From NCBI GenBank assembly GCA_008636045.1, contig SNRW01000052.1, positions 1 through 34,324 of the forward strand: a stretch of 34,324 nt of DNA, given 5' to 3'. Within the stretch, counting starts at the first letter, position 1. Every line of letters begins with the position of its first letter. Shown one piece after another: positions 1-12,771 of the stretch. The stretch is from Streblomastix strix (Eukaryota). The notes under the pieces were generated by a model that ran no database searches, was not told the DNA's origin, and saw only the letters and a list, made by a program, of their open reading frames with translations. The translations under genes and the position numbers were made by a program.

Positions 1-2019
1 TCACCATTTGTGCCCTAATAATAACTTTCATTTACTCCAATATTTCCTTAATAATAATTTATGTCAAATTCAACACTAGATTAAAGTCCACATTCTTTAT
101 CAAAAATTCCAATTTAATCTTAATTCGATCCACCTTCTTCTTAATTCAACAATGTAATTTCATAATAATAACAATTTGTTCCACTTATTCCAAATTAATT
201 AGATTAATTTTCAAATATATAAATTTAACCAAATTCCTACCAGATTTAATAATATAATAATTTAAACCCATAATCATTAAAGGCTTAAACTAAGTTTTTC
301 TATTCAAAATCGAAGTTTTCCTCATTTTAAGATGATAAACCAATACTTCCTGCTTCGTTACTTCCTCCTCTTAGTGCTGAAAAATTCAATTCACAACCTG
401 TGAAACTTACTTAAAAAGAAATAGAGAACAAGTTAACTGATACATTTCATTATTCTTATTCAAAGGTTAAGTCAGGTGTTTAATAAGCTATAAATTCTTA
501 GGCTATAACAACATCGTTGACTTAACTTGACACTTCATTTAAAGATGCCCAATATTAACCTCAATAATAATCTTAATTTTTTTCATTACCAACTTCATCT
601 GATTCTAATATTTCTAATGATTCTCAACAAATGTCTGATATAACGCTATTTATGAGTCATCCTTCATCTCCTAATACTTCTTTTTAGCCTTTCACATCAT
701 TTTCACCGGCTTTAAATAATTATCCTACATTAGGAAATGAGGATGATAGTTCAAGAGAGTTTAACTAATTTTATTTTTTAAATAATTAATTTTAACCACT
801 TTCAAACGGTAATTTATAAAATGAGACATTTTCTTAATCTTAAATAGAACCAACTTAAAATTAAATTCCAGTTGAAATGAAACAAAATAATTTTAGTTTC
901 ACTGATACGAATTAAGATTCTGATTAATATTCAATCCCACTTGCAACAATTGTTTCACTTCCACCTCGTCCATCTGTGCATCAAAAACACCCTCCTTTAC
1001 CTCCTCCTCCTCCTTAATCAAATATATTATTGGAAAAGGATATATAGTCAATTGAATAATAATAAAGTATTAAAGACAATTAATATAATCAATTTAGAAA
1101 GAAAAATTATTAGAAAATAAATAATGAAAAAGCAAATCAAGAATAATCTGAACTACATAAACAATAATAAGATAAAATATCATCTTCTTCAATTATCCAT
1201 GAATATAACAATAACAATAGCTATCTCGAATAATCATTTATTCCTTATTTTTCTGAACAATTTCAAATCAACGATATAATTTAAGAAACTGAATAAATGA
1301 ATATTTCTGGATTATATCCAAACTCAAATAATTTCATTTCATCCATAAATCAAGATAACAAAAATCAATCATCAAAATAAATTTAACATTAAAAAGATAA
1401 CTTTAAACATATTGGATAAATAGAAATGAAATAAAAAGAATAATAATTAATATAATTTGAACAGCCAAAACCAATTACCAATTTTAATTCTAACATTACT
1501 AATAATAATGTTTCATATTTTAATAATTCTGAAATTGTTAATGACCATCAAATTTAATTCTAATCATATTCTCCAATTTCTTTTACTTCATCTGATTAAT
1601 TCAATAATTCACAATAGAATCATCCATCAGAAAACTAAGAATAATAATTTAATATCCAATTATAATAGTAATAGAAATAAAAAGATGGATAAACAAATCA
1701 AAATGATAATATTGATAATGTGAAGAAAAGTAATAAGATATTTTCTAGTAATTGGAATGTAAATGAAGAATTTTTATATAAATTTGATCCAATTTCTAAT
1801 AATGTGTAATCAGATAATTAAAATTCTAATGAATCTTTCTAATAAGCACAAAAATATTCAACCGATCCACATTTCTAAATTCATCAAAATTAAAACACAT
1901 CTTCTCATTCTTCTTCTAATGCAATAGATGAGTATTAATAAATTCCTGATACATAACCTTCTTCTTCATCTCCTCAATAAGATGAAATATTCTAATTTTC
2001 AAAACTAGAAAATGATTGA
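1..2019 (+). CDS. Hypothetical S/P/Q/N-rich low-complexity protein, 5'-partial (672 aa visible; TAR=Gln)
   Basis: Frame +1 has no TGA from base 1 to TGA 2017-2019 (SPFVPQQQLSFTPIFPQQQFM...HPPLPPPPPQS...FSKLEND*). It contains many in-frame TAA/TAG and A/T-ending codons, and is followed by very AT-rich non-coding sequence. No domain recognised. Confidence 0.8.
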
Positions 2020-2920
2020 ATATTATCCTATGAAATTTAAAATAGATTGATTTTCTACCATATTTAATTATTTTATAGCTATATTTTTTTCTTTTATTAT
2101 TGTTACATATTAATATTTTTTATTGCCTATTTTATATATTTTTCAAACTGATAGTCATGATATTTTTTGAGAGATTAACTTTTTTTTCTTTAATTTTTCA
2201 ATATTTATCAAATGTTTTAGTATAATGCTGTTAGTTATGAAGCATTGCTATTATTTATAGTACGCTATCATTTGACTGAAACATATTTAAGACCGAATGA
2301 AGAAATCAGATATCTAAAAATGGTTTTGTGAATTCTGATCGTCAATCTAAAATTTTTGCTTATTTTGTAAAATTTTTACATTTTAATTGTTTTATAAACA
2401 GTATATTAATCATTTAAATAATAATAACTGTACTTGGATCAAATTATTTATTTTTTTAAAAACAAATCGACTTTATATATTATCTCTGTAATAATTTTAC
2501 TTACATTTTATTAATTTCAAGATAGAATAACATTTAAAAAAATTATTAACCAAATATTTCTATTTTAACAATTTACATTATGAAAAAACTCTCAAATGCA
2601 AAAAATTAAATTTCTAAAATTAAATTTCAAGTTTCAATTAAATCATGATATTGTTTTTATATACGAAATGCATGCTTCAACTATATAATTCAAATTTAAA
2701 ATTAAATATAATTCAAATCACAAACTAACATTATTTCAAGCCAATACTATTTTTTCCATTTTCATACATTCAAAATATCTAATTAGCCGTTAAACAAACA
2801 TAACTTTCAAAATTTAGCATTAATAAACTGCTTTCTAATCTTAACCGTCATTTATTTATTTTGAAGTGACGATTACTTCCGTCAGAACATTTCTGTTTGA
2901 CGAATTCTAACAGCACTACA

Positions 2921-5900
2921 ATGTTACATAAGCATTTTGTAAGATTGTTTGGAAAAGATAGGCCTGAGCTTCAACTCAACTCTTATGAGGAAGGGTCTGC
3001 ATTCATAACAGAACTTGCTCGCTATGGGCATATAAGCTTAGATGAGCGAGATAAATACATAGAACAGTTTAACAGAATGCATTACCCTGTAAATTATAAA
3101 GAACTAAAAGTGGGTATGTCCTGGGCTGGATAAGAGACAGATGGAGAGATTGATAGTCTTCTATCCTCTACTGGAGAACGTGCAAGGAGAATGGCTGAAT
3201 AAATATAGGAATCAATGGATAACATAAGTACTGGTGGATAATTTTATAGCTTACCAAATTCTGCATTGTTGTTAGCAGGAGAACTAAGAAGAGGAGAAAA
3301 GTAAATTTCTGATGTTATTAAGAACTTAGCAAGAGTTGCAGGACCATATGGATGTGAGGATTAAGAACTTAGATGAGTACTTGATCTTATTGGTATGAAG
3401 GGTGTTGGAGATGGTCGATACAACGAGGAAGAAGAATGTGTTGATAACTTATTCTGGAAAAGACTGTCTGCAAAACCCGCACTTTAGGTTTTAAAATATA
3501 TTTTTTATTTTAATTAATATTTTATTCTTAATATATTCAGCCTGTATCTCTGAACCTTTTGAAGTTCTTTCGTGAGTAAAGGTCAATTGCGTAACACTTT
3601 AGTGGATATATTGTACCAGCATTTGAAGGAAGTTATGGTAAAAATGGGAGTTCATTAGAATCAATCACGCTATCATAAACTGAAATTGATGTCTATAAGT
3701 AGAATGATTAGCTTGAGGGATCATTGAAAGCAGTAACAACTCGAGATATACTTGCAAGAATAGACCCTTAGAGATTGTCATTATATATACCACTAAGACA
3801 ATGCGAATCAGCTCGAGTGGAAAATTGTGTTGCAGCTCTTGGATGGGGATTATGCGAAGAGAGATATAAATAGAATCCAGTTGATGTTCTTCTATATAGT
3901 AGATGGCCTAAGAATAGCTTAGATTTAAACCGTGCTGAAGAATTGGGCATTGGTATATCTATATTCATTTCAGAAATATATTCTATTTATTATCTATTAA
4001 TTATATCTATATTTATTTATTTAGCATAAAAATATGTTAATCTGAGCTCACCAGCGTTTCCATCATAATGCATTTCTCCACCATATACAAATGAATAATC
4101 AATATATGCATCAAATTCACTTTCCCTTTCATTTTCAATATTCTTAGAAACAGTAAGAGTGCATAAACAGTTTTATTAATTTGGAGAAGAATGGCTTAAA
4201 TCAATTCTATAAGAAAAATAATCTGAAAATAAGAAATCTGACACACAAAGAGAATATCTGAGATAAATTCGACTTAATAAGATATATGAAGAATAAGATG
4301 ATGAAATGAAGAAGAGAGTGTAGAATAGAAAGAAGAGGGAATAACAGGAAGAAATGATGAAGAAAAGTTAATCAGTAGTAAATGAAAGAATAAAGAAAAA
4401 GAATAAACAATATAGAATTAATAAAAATGGGAAGATTATTGAAGAAAGTTAAGAATCTAGTACACAGAGTATAAGTATGACAGATACTTCGTTATTGACA
4501 ATATCGTAAACTAATGAAAGTTCAGACACTAATATGAATATTAATTTAGAGAATGATGTGATTAAAAGAAAGATCAATGATATAATGAATGAAGATGTTA
4601 TTATTGAAGATGAAAATGAAGGAAAATAAGAAGATGAAAAAGGAGAATTTGTAAAATAAGAAAGAAATATGGAAAAGAAAGAATAATAATAAATCAAGTC
4701 TAAAACTAATACAAAATCAAAAATAAAAGACAATAAAAAGAAAAAGAGATATTTTGATCTATTGCCTATTCCAAACCAACTTCCTTAATAATTTTAATAC
4801 CAATTTTAAATTGCAATTCCTTCTCTTCCATTTCATTTATAATCAATCACAACATCAGAATATATTTCAGCTGAATTTATGTAACCAAGAGGCATAACTT
4901 TATAATCGTTAATTAAATCCTTAAAATATAAAATGATTTAATAATATTAACAATTTGAATAATAATAACTTGAGAATAATTTGAATGAACACGAATCTAC
5001 AAGTGAATAATACAAATCAACATAACCATCATCATCTTTGTCTCATTCTTCATCACTTTCAACAACAAAAACACCCTAATCATCAATTTCTAATAAAGAA
5101 TAATAATAAAAATAATAATAATAAGATCCTCCATCTAAATGTTTGTTTCTACCAAATGAAATTCCTCTTGCTTTATATTGGATGAGATAATTAGCTCTTT
5201 TATTTTTATTATTTGAATAAATATAAACTAAACCTTTTGGATCATTAAAAATGGCTAATATTGTTGTTAATCTCGATATTGGTATGTTTATTAATAATTA
5301 TATTAAAATATTAAAATCTATTTATTTCTAACTTATTTATCTTTATGAATTAAACCAAATTTTTTGTAGGCATTATGAATATAAAGAATAGCGATTAGTC
5401 TGAATAAGTTGAGAAAGAAGAATAAGATAAATAAGATAAATAGAAAGACAATATGTCATTAATTGAAGAAAATGAATAAAATAAAAAAGACAATTAATAA
5501 TTTACTCTTAATTCACATTCACTTTCTTCATTCTTCCCTGGATCCTTAAGTCTGCGCCACTAATTGTTCATTTCTAATTACACATCTTCACATTCATAAT
5601 CATCAAAGTATTTAATAAAGAATTATGGATGGATCTGTGGATAAATATTAAGTGGATTTGGGATTGATGTTAAAATAAAGAATAAGAAGAATAAGAATAA
5701 AATAGAATAAATATAAAGAGAAGCAATAACAAAAGAAAAAGAAATATATATGGAGAAGTTTAGTCCAGGACGAAGAAAATTGCATGAACAGTTGAATAAT
5801 AATAAATAATACAAATAATAATAAGAAAATAAAAGAATTGCTTCGAAAATCGATAATTTAAAGAATAATTAAATCAATTTAAATTCGCAATCAGAATCTG

Positions 5901-6585
5901 ATTCTGAATCAGATTCAGAGTTAAAATAAAAAAGGAGTTCTAATTTTGGGAGAAAAGACATATTTGAATAATATAATGAAATGAATGAAGGAATAATTTC
6001 AATTGATCCATAAATCCGTATTTTTATTCTTGCTTGTATTGGATCTGTAGGGAATTTCGATGATTAAATAAAGGATAAATTAAAAGAAAGAGGAAATGCA
6101 TAATAAGGAGAAAAAGATAAAAGTTAAGAAGATGTTGAAATCAAAGATAAGAAATAATCTGAAGAAGATGAAGCAGATGAAGAAGATATGTGGGCGGACT
6201 CTGAAGAAGGAACTGGATTCTTTTAGAAAATAATTAATATTAAGAAAGAAAAACAAACAGATAAGGTTTGGGAAAGTTTAATTTAGAATTAAAAAAATGA
6301 ATAATAAGAATTATCTTTCATTATCTTTCTTTGATAATTTTTATTCTATTTCATAAAATCACCTCTTCATCAACGTAGAAACTATTTCCTTCATTTTTGG
6401 ATGTACTAAGGCATCCTCTGATGGCTGGTCATACAAGTGAGAAGGAACTGTAAGAATGTTGGGTTTGATAAAATCTTTATTTCCTTCTAATTACTTATTT
6501 TCTTTTATTATTTTTGAATATGTTAACTATTTAGGAATCTATTCTCACGCGAGTCAGTGAATCGCATCGATTAGAACGTGTTTGA
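2921..6585 (+). CDS. ~1088-codon protein with a degenerate protein-kinase-like (pseudokinase) fold and one in-frame TGA at 3374-3376. Exons 2921-3487, 3541-3952, 4025-5281, 5370-6265, 6379-6462, 6535-6585
   Basis: Five AT-rich GT-AG introns (3488-3540, 3953-4024, 5282-5369, 6266-6378, 6463-6534) join into one frame ending at TGA 6583-6585. Kinase-like segments occur in canonical order: YISAEFMQPRGITLQSLI (subdomain V-like), LYWMRQLALL...FGSLKMANIVV (VIa/VIb-like, catalytic Asp absent), NYGWICGQILSG (IX-like), IDPQIRIFILACI and FPSFLDVLRHPLM (XI-like). The gene model is better supported than the kinase call. Confidence 0.65.
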
Positions 6586-6805
6586 ATATGGAAAAATAAT
6601 ATCCTTAAATTAATTCTTTGTATTCTATAAAAATTGAGGAATTCATACTTTATATTAATATATACATATTCATATTTATTTTATTAAATTGCAACCAACT
6701 TAATCAGCATTATACATAAAAAATGTGATAAATAAATCTATGGCTTTAAAAAAGAGAAATTCAAACAATATATTCACTTCCTTTCAATCAACTTCACTTC
6801 CAAAA

Positions 6806-9800
6806 TCAAGTGAATCCGAATCCACCTCCGTTATTGTATATCGCAACTAATATCTTCTCTTTCATGATCTGACATGTGGGATAAAGTGGTATTTCTATCA
6901 TGTTACTACATGTATGAGCTGTGGGGAGCCTCATGGCTTGTATTGCTTGAGAATCTTTTGTTTTAGGTTTACTATCTTAATTCTCATTCTATCTTGCACC
7001 CAATGTATCTTGATGGGGTTAAGATACATTCAAATTTGGTTGTCGCGAACTGTGTATCTAATCAGTAAGAATATTTTATATCTATGATACTCCTTATTCT
7101 ACATTTTCAAGACTCCTTCTAATTCTCTGGGTCTCATTTAACGCTTGCTATGATAGATTAAGTAATCTATTCTACATTTCTTCTCGCATTCTTGTCTCTA
7201 TATCATGCATATAACTAAAGAAAGTTGTATCTTCTCCGTTTCTTAATATTGAAGTCATTTCATTTGAATTTGTATTATCAAGACTTTGCCAAGAAATGGA
7301 GAATAAAGATCCAACCCTTGACAACCCCAGGCTCATAAACCCAGAAGCAGGTGCAGCACTCAATCCTGTTGCAAACTGGAGAAGTTATACTCTCTCTTCT
7401 TCTGATAAATCTTCTCTTACAATCTTCCAAAACCATTCTTTGTGCTTTCTTCCTCCTAAACTTCCAATATATCGCGTATTTCTCTCCCAATCATCAATGT
7501 CTATCTTCGGTTTACCACAAATTATGATTTCCATGTCTGAAGGTGTTATCATTGTAGCACGAATAATCTCTTTGTATAATGATTATTATTGTTTCTCTTT
7601 CTCTTTTTATTTCTCTTTTTCTTTTTCTTTTTTATCTTTTTCTTTTTATTTGTGTTTTTCTTTTTTATTTTCTTTTTCTTTCTCATAATTATATTATTAT
7701 TCTTTAATTTTTTCTTTCTCAACAATTGTTTCTTTTTCTTTATCTTCAACTTTTTCTTTAACTTTTACTTTCTTCTTCTCTTTTTCATTATCGTTATCAT
7801 TTTCTTTATCTTTTTCTATCTCAATTTCATTCTACTTCCATCTTTCTTTCTCTTATTTTATTTCTTTTTTCTTCTCTTTTAATGATTATTATTATTTTCC
7901 TTTTTATTTCTCTTTCTCCTTATTCTCATCTTTATCTTTTGGTGTTTCTTATTCTTTTAATATTTCAGTTTATTCTTATTTATTATGTTTCTTTCCTTTT
8001 TTATCTGTTTATTACTCATTTATTTTCTTATTTTCATCATTTGTCTATATTTCAATTTTTGATGATTGTTTTATATTTTCTTTCATTTCCACCTAATCTT
8101 TCTTCTTTTCTTTTTCTGATTTTTCTTCTTTTTATTTCTCTTTTATTTTCTCTTTTTCTTTCTTCTTCTAATTTTCATTATCTTAAATATCTTTCATTTA
8201 TTTTCTCTCTTCACTTATATCTTACTTATCTTATTCACTGTTACTTTCATCATTCTCCAATTTCTCATTATTTTTTCTCTTATGATTCTTCCATAAATTC
8301 ATTTTAATCTTGTTTTTAATTTTGCTGGATATTATTATATGATCTGAGAAGAGATATTCAAATGGAAGAATGTCTTGGAACCCTTTACATAAGGCTGCTA
8401 ATTGTGCTTATGCTGAATATGAACCAAAGATATAATATTTAGAGTAGAGCTCCACAAATTCCTCTTTATTCTCCTTTGTTACTGAAATGTTCTCTCCTTT
8501 TGGCTTTAATGGAATTGTTTTCTGTATTTTAATGACATTTGTCTGTTAAGATGGTGAAGATGAAGATGATGATGAAGTGATTTATTATTTAGTTGTTTTT
8601 GGTGGAGATGAAATATTAGAAGAATTTATCAATTCTTATTCTTTCTATTTTGGTGATTTTTTTGGATTTTGTTTTCCTTTCACATTTTCTTATCCTTTTT
8701 CTTTTAAATTTAATTCTTCATCTTTTTGTAAAACTTTTCTTTCTTCTTCAACAGTTATTTCAAAATATGCTCCTAATTATTATCTGTACTAATCATCGCT
8801 TAAAACCAATCTCATACTCTTAGCCATTCCACATCCATCTAACCCACAATCTTCCAATGAAGGGACTTATCCAATCATTATTCTCCATATTGCATGTTCC
8901 AATCTACATGGGACAGTTATATTCAACATAAGTGCATAACCAAGCATCACGCCAGCTGTCCACCATGGAACTAAATTCTCAAGATCAACTATTGATAGCT
9001 CTTTATTTAATTAGTAATGTGTGATAGTATTATAACTATTTGAACTGCTTTATGGCAATTTACTCATCCTTCGAGTAAATGTTCCTCCATCGTCCCCAAA
9101 CATAATCAATCTTTACTCCAAGAAACCTCTTCGCTTGAATATTCCACTCTCCTCTTTTATAGCTTCACGGAAATATAGTGTTATCCATTCAGTTCTTAAA
9201 CCTCCACTGTCAATTCCTAAATTATATCAAACGAATATAATATTTATAAATAATATAAAATTTCTAATAAAAAAGTACCATTAAAAATTAATACCTGGCT
9301 CATCATTGAAGGTACATGAAAGATCTTTATGTAACTTCCCCTGTTATCTAAGTCTCCATAGTGTTTATTCAGTGCTATCTAAGATCTTGTTTCTGTCCAC
9401 ATTAATAGTGACTGATCCAGATGAATGAATTGTACTATGAGGAATGAACGAAATTTAAGGTGGCTTATTTTCTCCTTCAATTAATCCTATTGTTTTTTGT
9501 TGTATAGCGACTGTTGATAAGAATCTTTCATTGGACTGTGTTGCTTCGTGGATAGTTTTTAATTCCTCTTCATTTAATGCCTATCTTTACATATTTGTAT
9601 TAAACCCTTCTCGTTATTCTCTTAATGTTCTATTGGTCTCAATTAATCTTATAGCTTGGTCCAATAAAGAACGAGAATGCTATATTTCTGAAAGTAGGCT
9701 GCATCCATAGCGCGTTCTTCCACTTGTTAATCTGCCGATATTTTCTCTGGAAAACTTCAATCGGTCGATAAACTTCTTCTTTCTATCATCTTATGATAAG

Positions 9801-10019
9801 TAATTCATTCGATCTTTCTATATTTTTCGCAGAAGATATTTTAGGTTTGTATTTTGAAATACATTTTGAGATCCTCCATAAAATGGCTCTTGTCTAAGTG
9901 GATCAAACGCCTTTAATCTTCTTTTCAATTATTTTGACTACAAAGATTAATTCAATAAAGATTATGGTTATTAAGATGATGATGATGATGAAGAAGAAGA
10001 AGAAGAAGAAGAAGAAGAA

Positions 10020-10050
<31 letters not shown>

Positions 10051-11068
10051 GAGGAATAGTTTAATTGTCATTCTAATGTAATGTTAATGGACAAAAAAAC
10101 TCATGGCTATCTAAGAGCAAGGGTACAATTTCTTTATCGCAGAAATTGCATCTAACACTTAAAAGTTGGTCAGAATAATCATATTGTTCTTCAATTTTAT
10201 TATCAGGAACATTTTCTCTCGTTCTGTGGACCATTTATATGAATTAGTCAAAGAAACTTGTGTCTGAATCTGAGGATATTGATTCCTATTCACTTCCTCT
10301 ATCAAATATTCTGGAAGAAAGGCTCCTTGATCTCGAAACTGGAGAATGGGTTCGATTATCCACATGTATTCCATCTGCAACATCGGTATGATCCATCCAT
10401 GGAGGGAATACAGCAGAATTAAAATTAGTATCTGGACTATGATGATGATTATGAGTAGTCTCTGGTGCTGGGGTGTTTGTTATTTAGTTTATAGATTCTC
10501 TTTCTTATTCAAGGAATCTTTATATTAAACTTGTATGTTGTTGTGCTGGTGACTACAATAATGGTGCTCTACTCGTTTCAGCTGTATTTCTATGTTATCT
10601 ATTAATATTATCATGCTGCATATTCCAAGGAAGAGAAGGAGACCTTGAAACTGGAGGTATGGCAGTTATAGATTAATATGAATGCATTTGTGGTTCAGGA
10701 GATTATGATGGAGAATTGGATGTTGATAATGAAGGTGAGAATGGGGTTGGAGGTCGGAAGGAATATTGTTATCCTAAATGAGAAGAGTTTTAATTGCGAA
10801 TATAAAAATTTGAATTGAGAGAGGAACTCGCTGTAATACGGGATGAGAGTGGTGGAGGCGATTATAAAGGCAATTACTCTTCATTAATATATTAATTTTA
10901 TTCATTTTAATTCTCATTTGTTACGGTTTCCTTCCCATTTAAATCTTTAAGACTCTCTGCAATAGCTTGTGCTAGCAATTCTTCATCATCTACATCATCC
11001 TAATCTTCTTCAGTACAATTTGTGTCTATAATCACTTCAAGTGGTATATTTGCGTTTTAATTTATCAT
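6806..11068 (-). CDS. HECT-domain E3 ubiquitin ligase with N-terminal UIM and C2HC (UBZ-like) zinc finger, 1394 aa. Exons 11068-9295 and 9216-6806
   Basis: Open frame under TAR=Gln with one 78-nt GT-AG intron (9217-9294) that contains an in-frame TGA and splits the motif FNDEPG|IDSGGLRTEW. Other HECT motifs: INVDRNKILDS, LKPKGENISVTKENKEEFV, GFQDILP, DMEIIICGKPKIDIDDWERNTRY, WFWKIV, LLQFATG, and catalytic RLPTAHTCSN (Cys 6908-6910). Ends GFGFT-TGA. Confidence 0.95.
9974..10048 (-). repeat. Compound trinucleotide repeat encoding 25 consecutive Ser in the HECT ligase
   Basis: The coding strand reads (TCA)9(TCT)10(TCA)5 TCT in frame. Confidence 0.9.
10091..10150 (-). other. C2HC zinc finger (UBZ/TRAF-like) within the HECT ligase
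   Basis: CNFCDKEIVPLLLDSHEFFC fits C-x2-C-x11-H-x3-C. Confidence 0.7.
10943..10990 (-). other. Ubiquitin-interacting motif (UIM) within the HECT ligase
   Basis: DDEELLAQAIAESLKD matches the UIM pattern: acidic run, L-x-x-A-(I/L)-x-x-S-L. Confidence 0.8.
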
Positions 11069-11685
11069 TGTCTCTGTATTACAAAGAAAAAAAAAATGCT
11101 ATGATTTTGTAAAAAAAATGCAAATGCAAAGAACGATAAATTTCCATGTTCAGGAATATGAAAATTTATTTAAAATAAGTTTAAAATTTGTTCAAATGCA
11201 ATAATAAATCATAAAAAACTATTTATTGTCTCAAATTTAGCATGTTTCTCGTTGAAAATGGTATTGAGTCTGATAATTTTTGATTTCTCCGAAAGATTTG
11301 AATTGTATGTTAAAATATTTAGAAATTAAGTTAAAATATTTAATATAATTTGCGGTTTACAATATATTATATCGCAAATGATTTTAGAGGTGAAGATGGG
11401 GCAAAATTCTGGAAATTAACAATTCGGTGATAAGTGAGCTTTTTTATTTAAATAAATATAAAATATAATTATAATACATAGCCTAAATTGAAATAAATTG
11501 ATATATGTATGTAATTTTTCCTACTAGCTGAAAAAATATATTTTTTACTTTTAAGTAATATAATGTATTTTTCTTTTGACACAAATTTAAATATAACTAA
11601 ATTTGATATAAAATATCTTAACACCATAATTGTGAGTAAAATTTAAGTTATATTATATATTTTAACTTTCTTTTTTTACCAGATT

Positions 11686-12122
11686 ATGCTGTACTTAACA
11701 TTTTTATTCACAATTTTATTGACTACGTCGTAACCGGACACTACTGAGCGCTTTGAGCTTAATAAAAAGAAGGATGAAACATTCACTATTGAGCTTCCCA
11801 GTAATCCGACTACTGGATACACTTGGAAACTACGCCCAGCGACAGACAATGCCATTCGTTTGATATAATTTCTTTCTTCTTGAATCATTATCCTTTTTTT
11901 ATTATTTCAGCTGTTGTAAAACTGTTGAAAGATCTTTACTAGCCTCATGATCAACCTGGAAAAGGGAAAGATCGCAAAGTAGGGGGAGGGGGAGTGCATA
12001 CATTCACATTTGTGGCGGATAAAAAAGGCGCAACAAACCTTGAATTTATACACGTAAGACCTTGGGAAAAGGATAGTTCCAATGCTGAACCAGCAAGAAT
12101 TTACCATGTTGAAATTAAATGA
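11686..12122 (+). CDS. Chagasin/ICP family (MEROPS I42) cysteine-peptidase inhibitor, 127 aa, probable signal peptide. Exons 11686-11857 and 11911-12122
   Basis: All three diagnostic loops are present: IELPSNPTTGYTW, KVGGGGVHTFTF and FIHVRPWE. The N-terminus MLYLTFLFTILLTTS is hydrophobic. One 53-nt phase-1 GT-AG intron (11858-11910) restores the frame, and the gene ends at TGA 12120-12122. Confidence 0.93.
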
Positions 12123-12771
12123 AAATATTTGCAAACGCTTTTCTATTAGCTCATGTAATTAATAAAGAATGAAATATCCTTTAAATTTCTATTCATTTTT
12201 TGTATGTTATTTAAATTAAATACTTTCTTTGCAGATTTTTGATTGAATTTTCAATTTTATTCATTTATTCTTATGTTTAGCATTATTTTGAAGAAGATAT
12301 ATACATAGGAATATCTTTTTGCATCTTTTAATCATAAATTGTAACAGAGAAGATAAATAATTTCTTATAATTTTATTATTTAGATAATTACCCATTTTTT
12401 TCTATTGGGGTTACCCATTCTTTTACTAACTACTCATCTATTATATTATCAATATAAAAATAAGATTTATTTTCGATTTCTTAAAAGTAAAATAGGAAAG
12501 AATAATAATAAATCCAGAGAATGACGTGTTCGAAGATTCAGTTTGATTATTGATTTAAAAATATAATGAATACATATTTATTAAGTTAACAAAATAATTT
12601 ATTGAGTTAATGAAATATAAAATTAAATATTTAAAGTTAAATAAAGTTAGGGAGAAAAAATTATATAGAGTGTAATGATGTGATCAATAAATATATAAAT
12701 CAATCTAATCATTTTGAATAGAATAGAAGGTATTTATATTTCTCTCTTAGAATTGATGAATATCAGCCCTT

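Noticed and set aside
2645..2920. Upstream in-frame extension of the kinase-like gene through a second TGA at 2867-2869
   Set aside because: Composition is intergenic-like, and long open frames arise easily by chance when only one stop codon exists.
10340..10410. WW domain in the HECT ligase (FPPWMDHTDVADGIHVDNRT), which would suggest a Nedd4/Rsp5 type
   Set aside because: It lacks the central aromatic pair and the second Trp-x-x-Pro, and no C2 domain is present.
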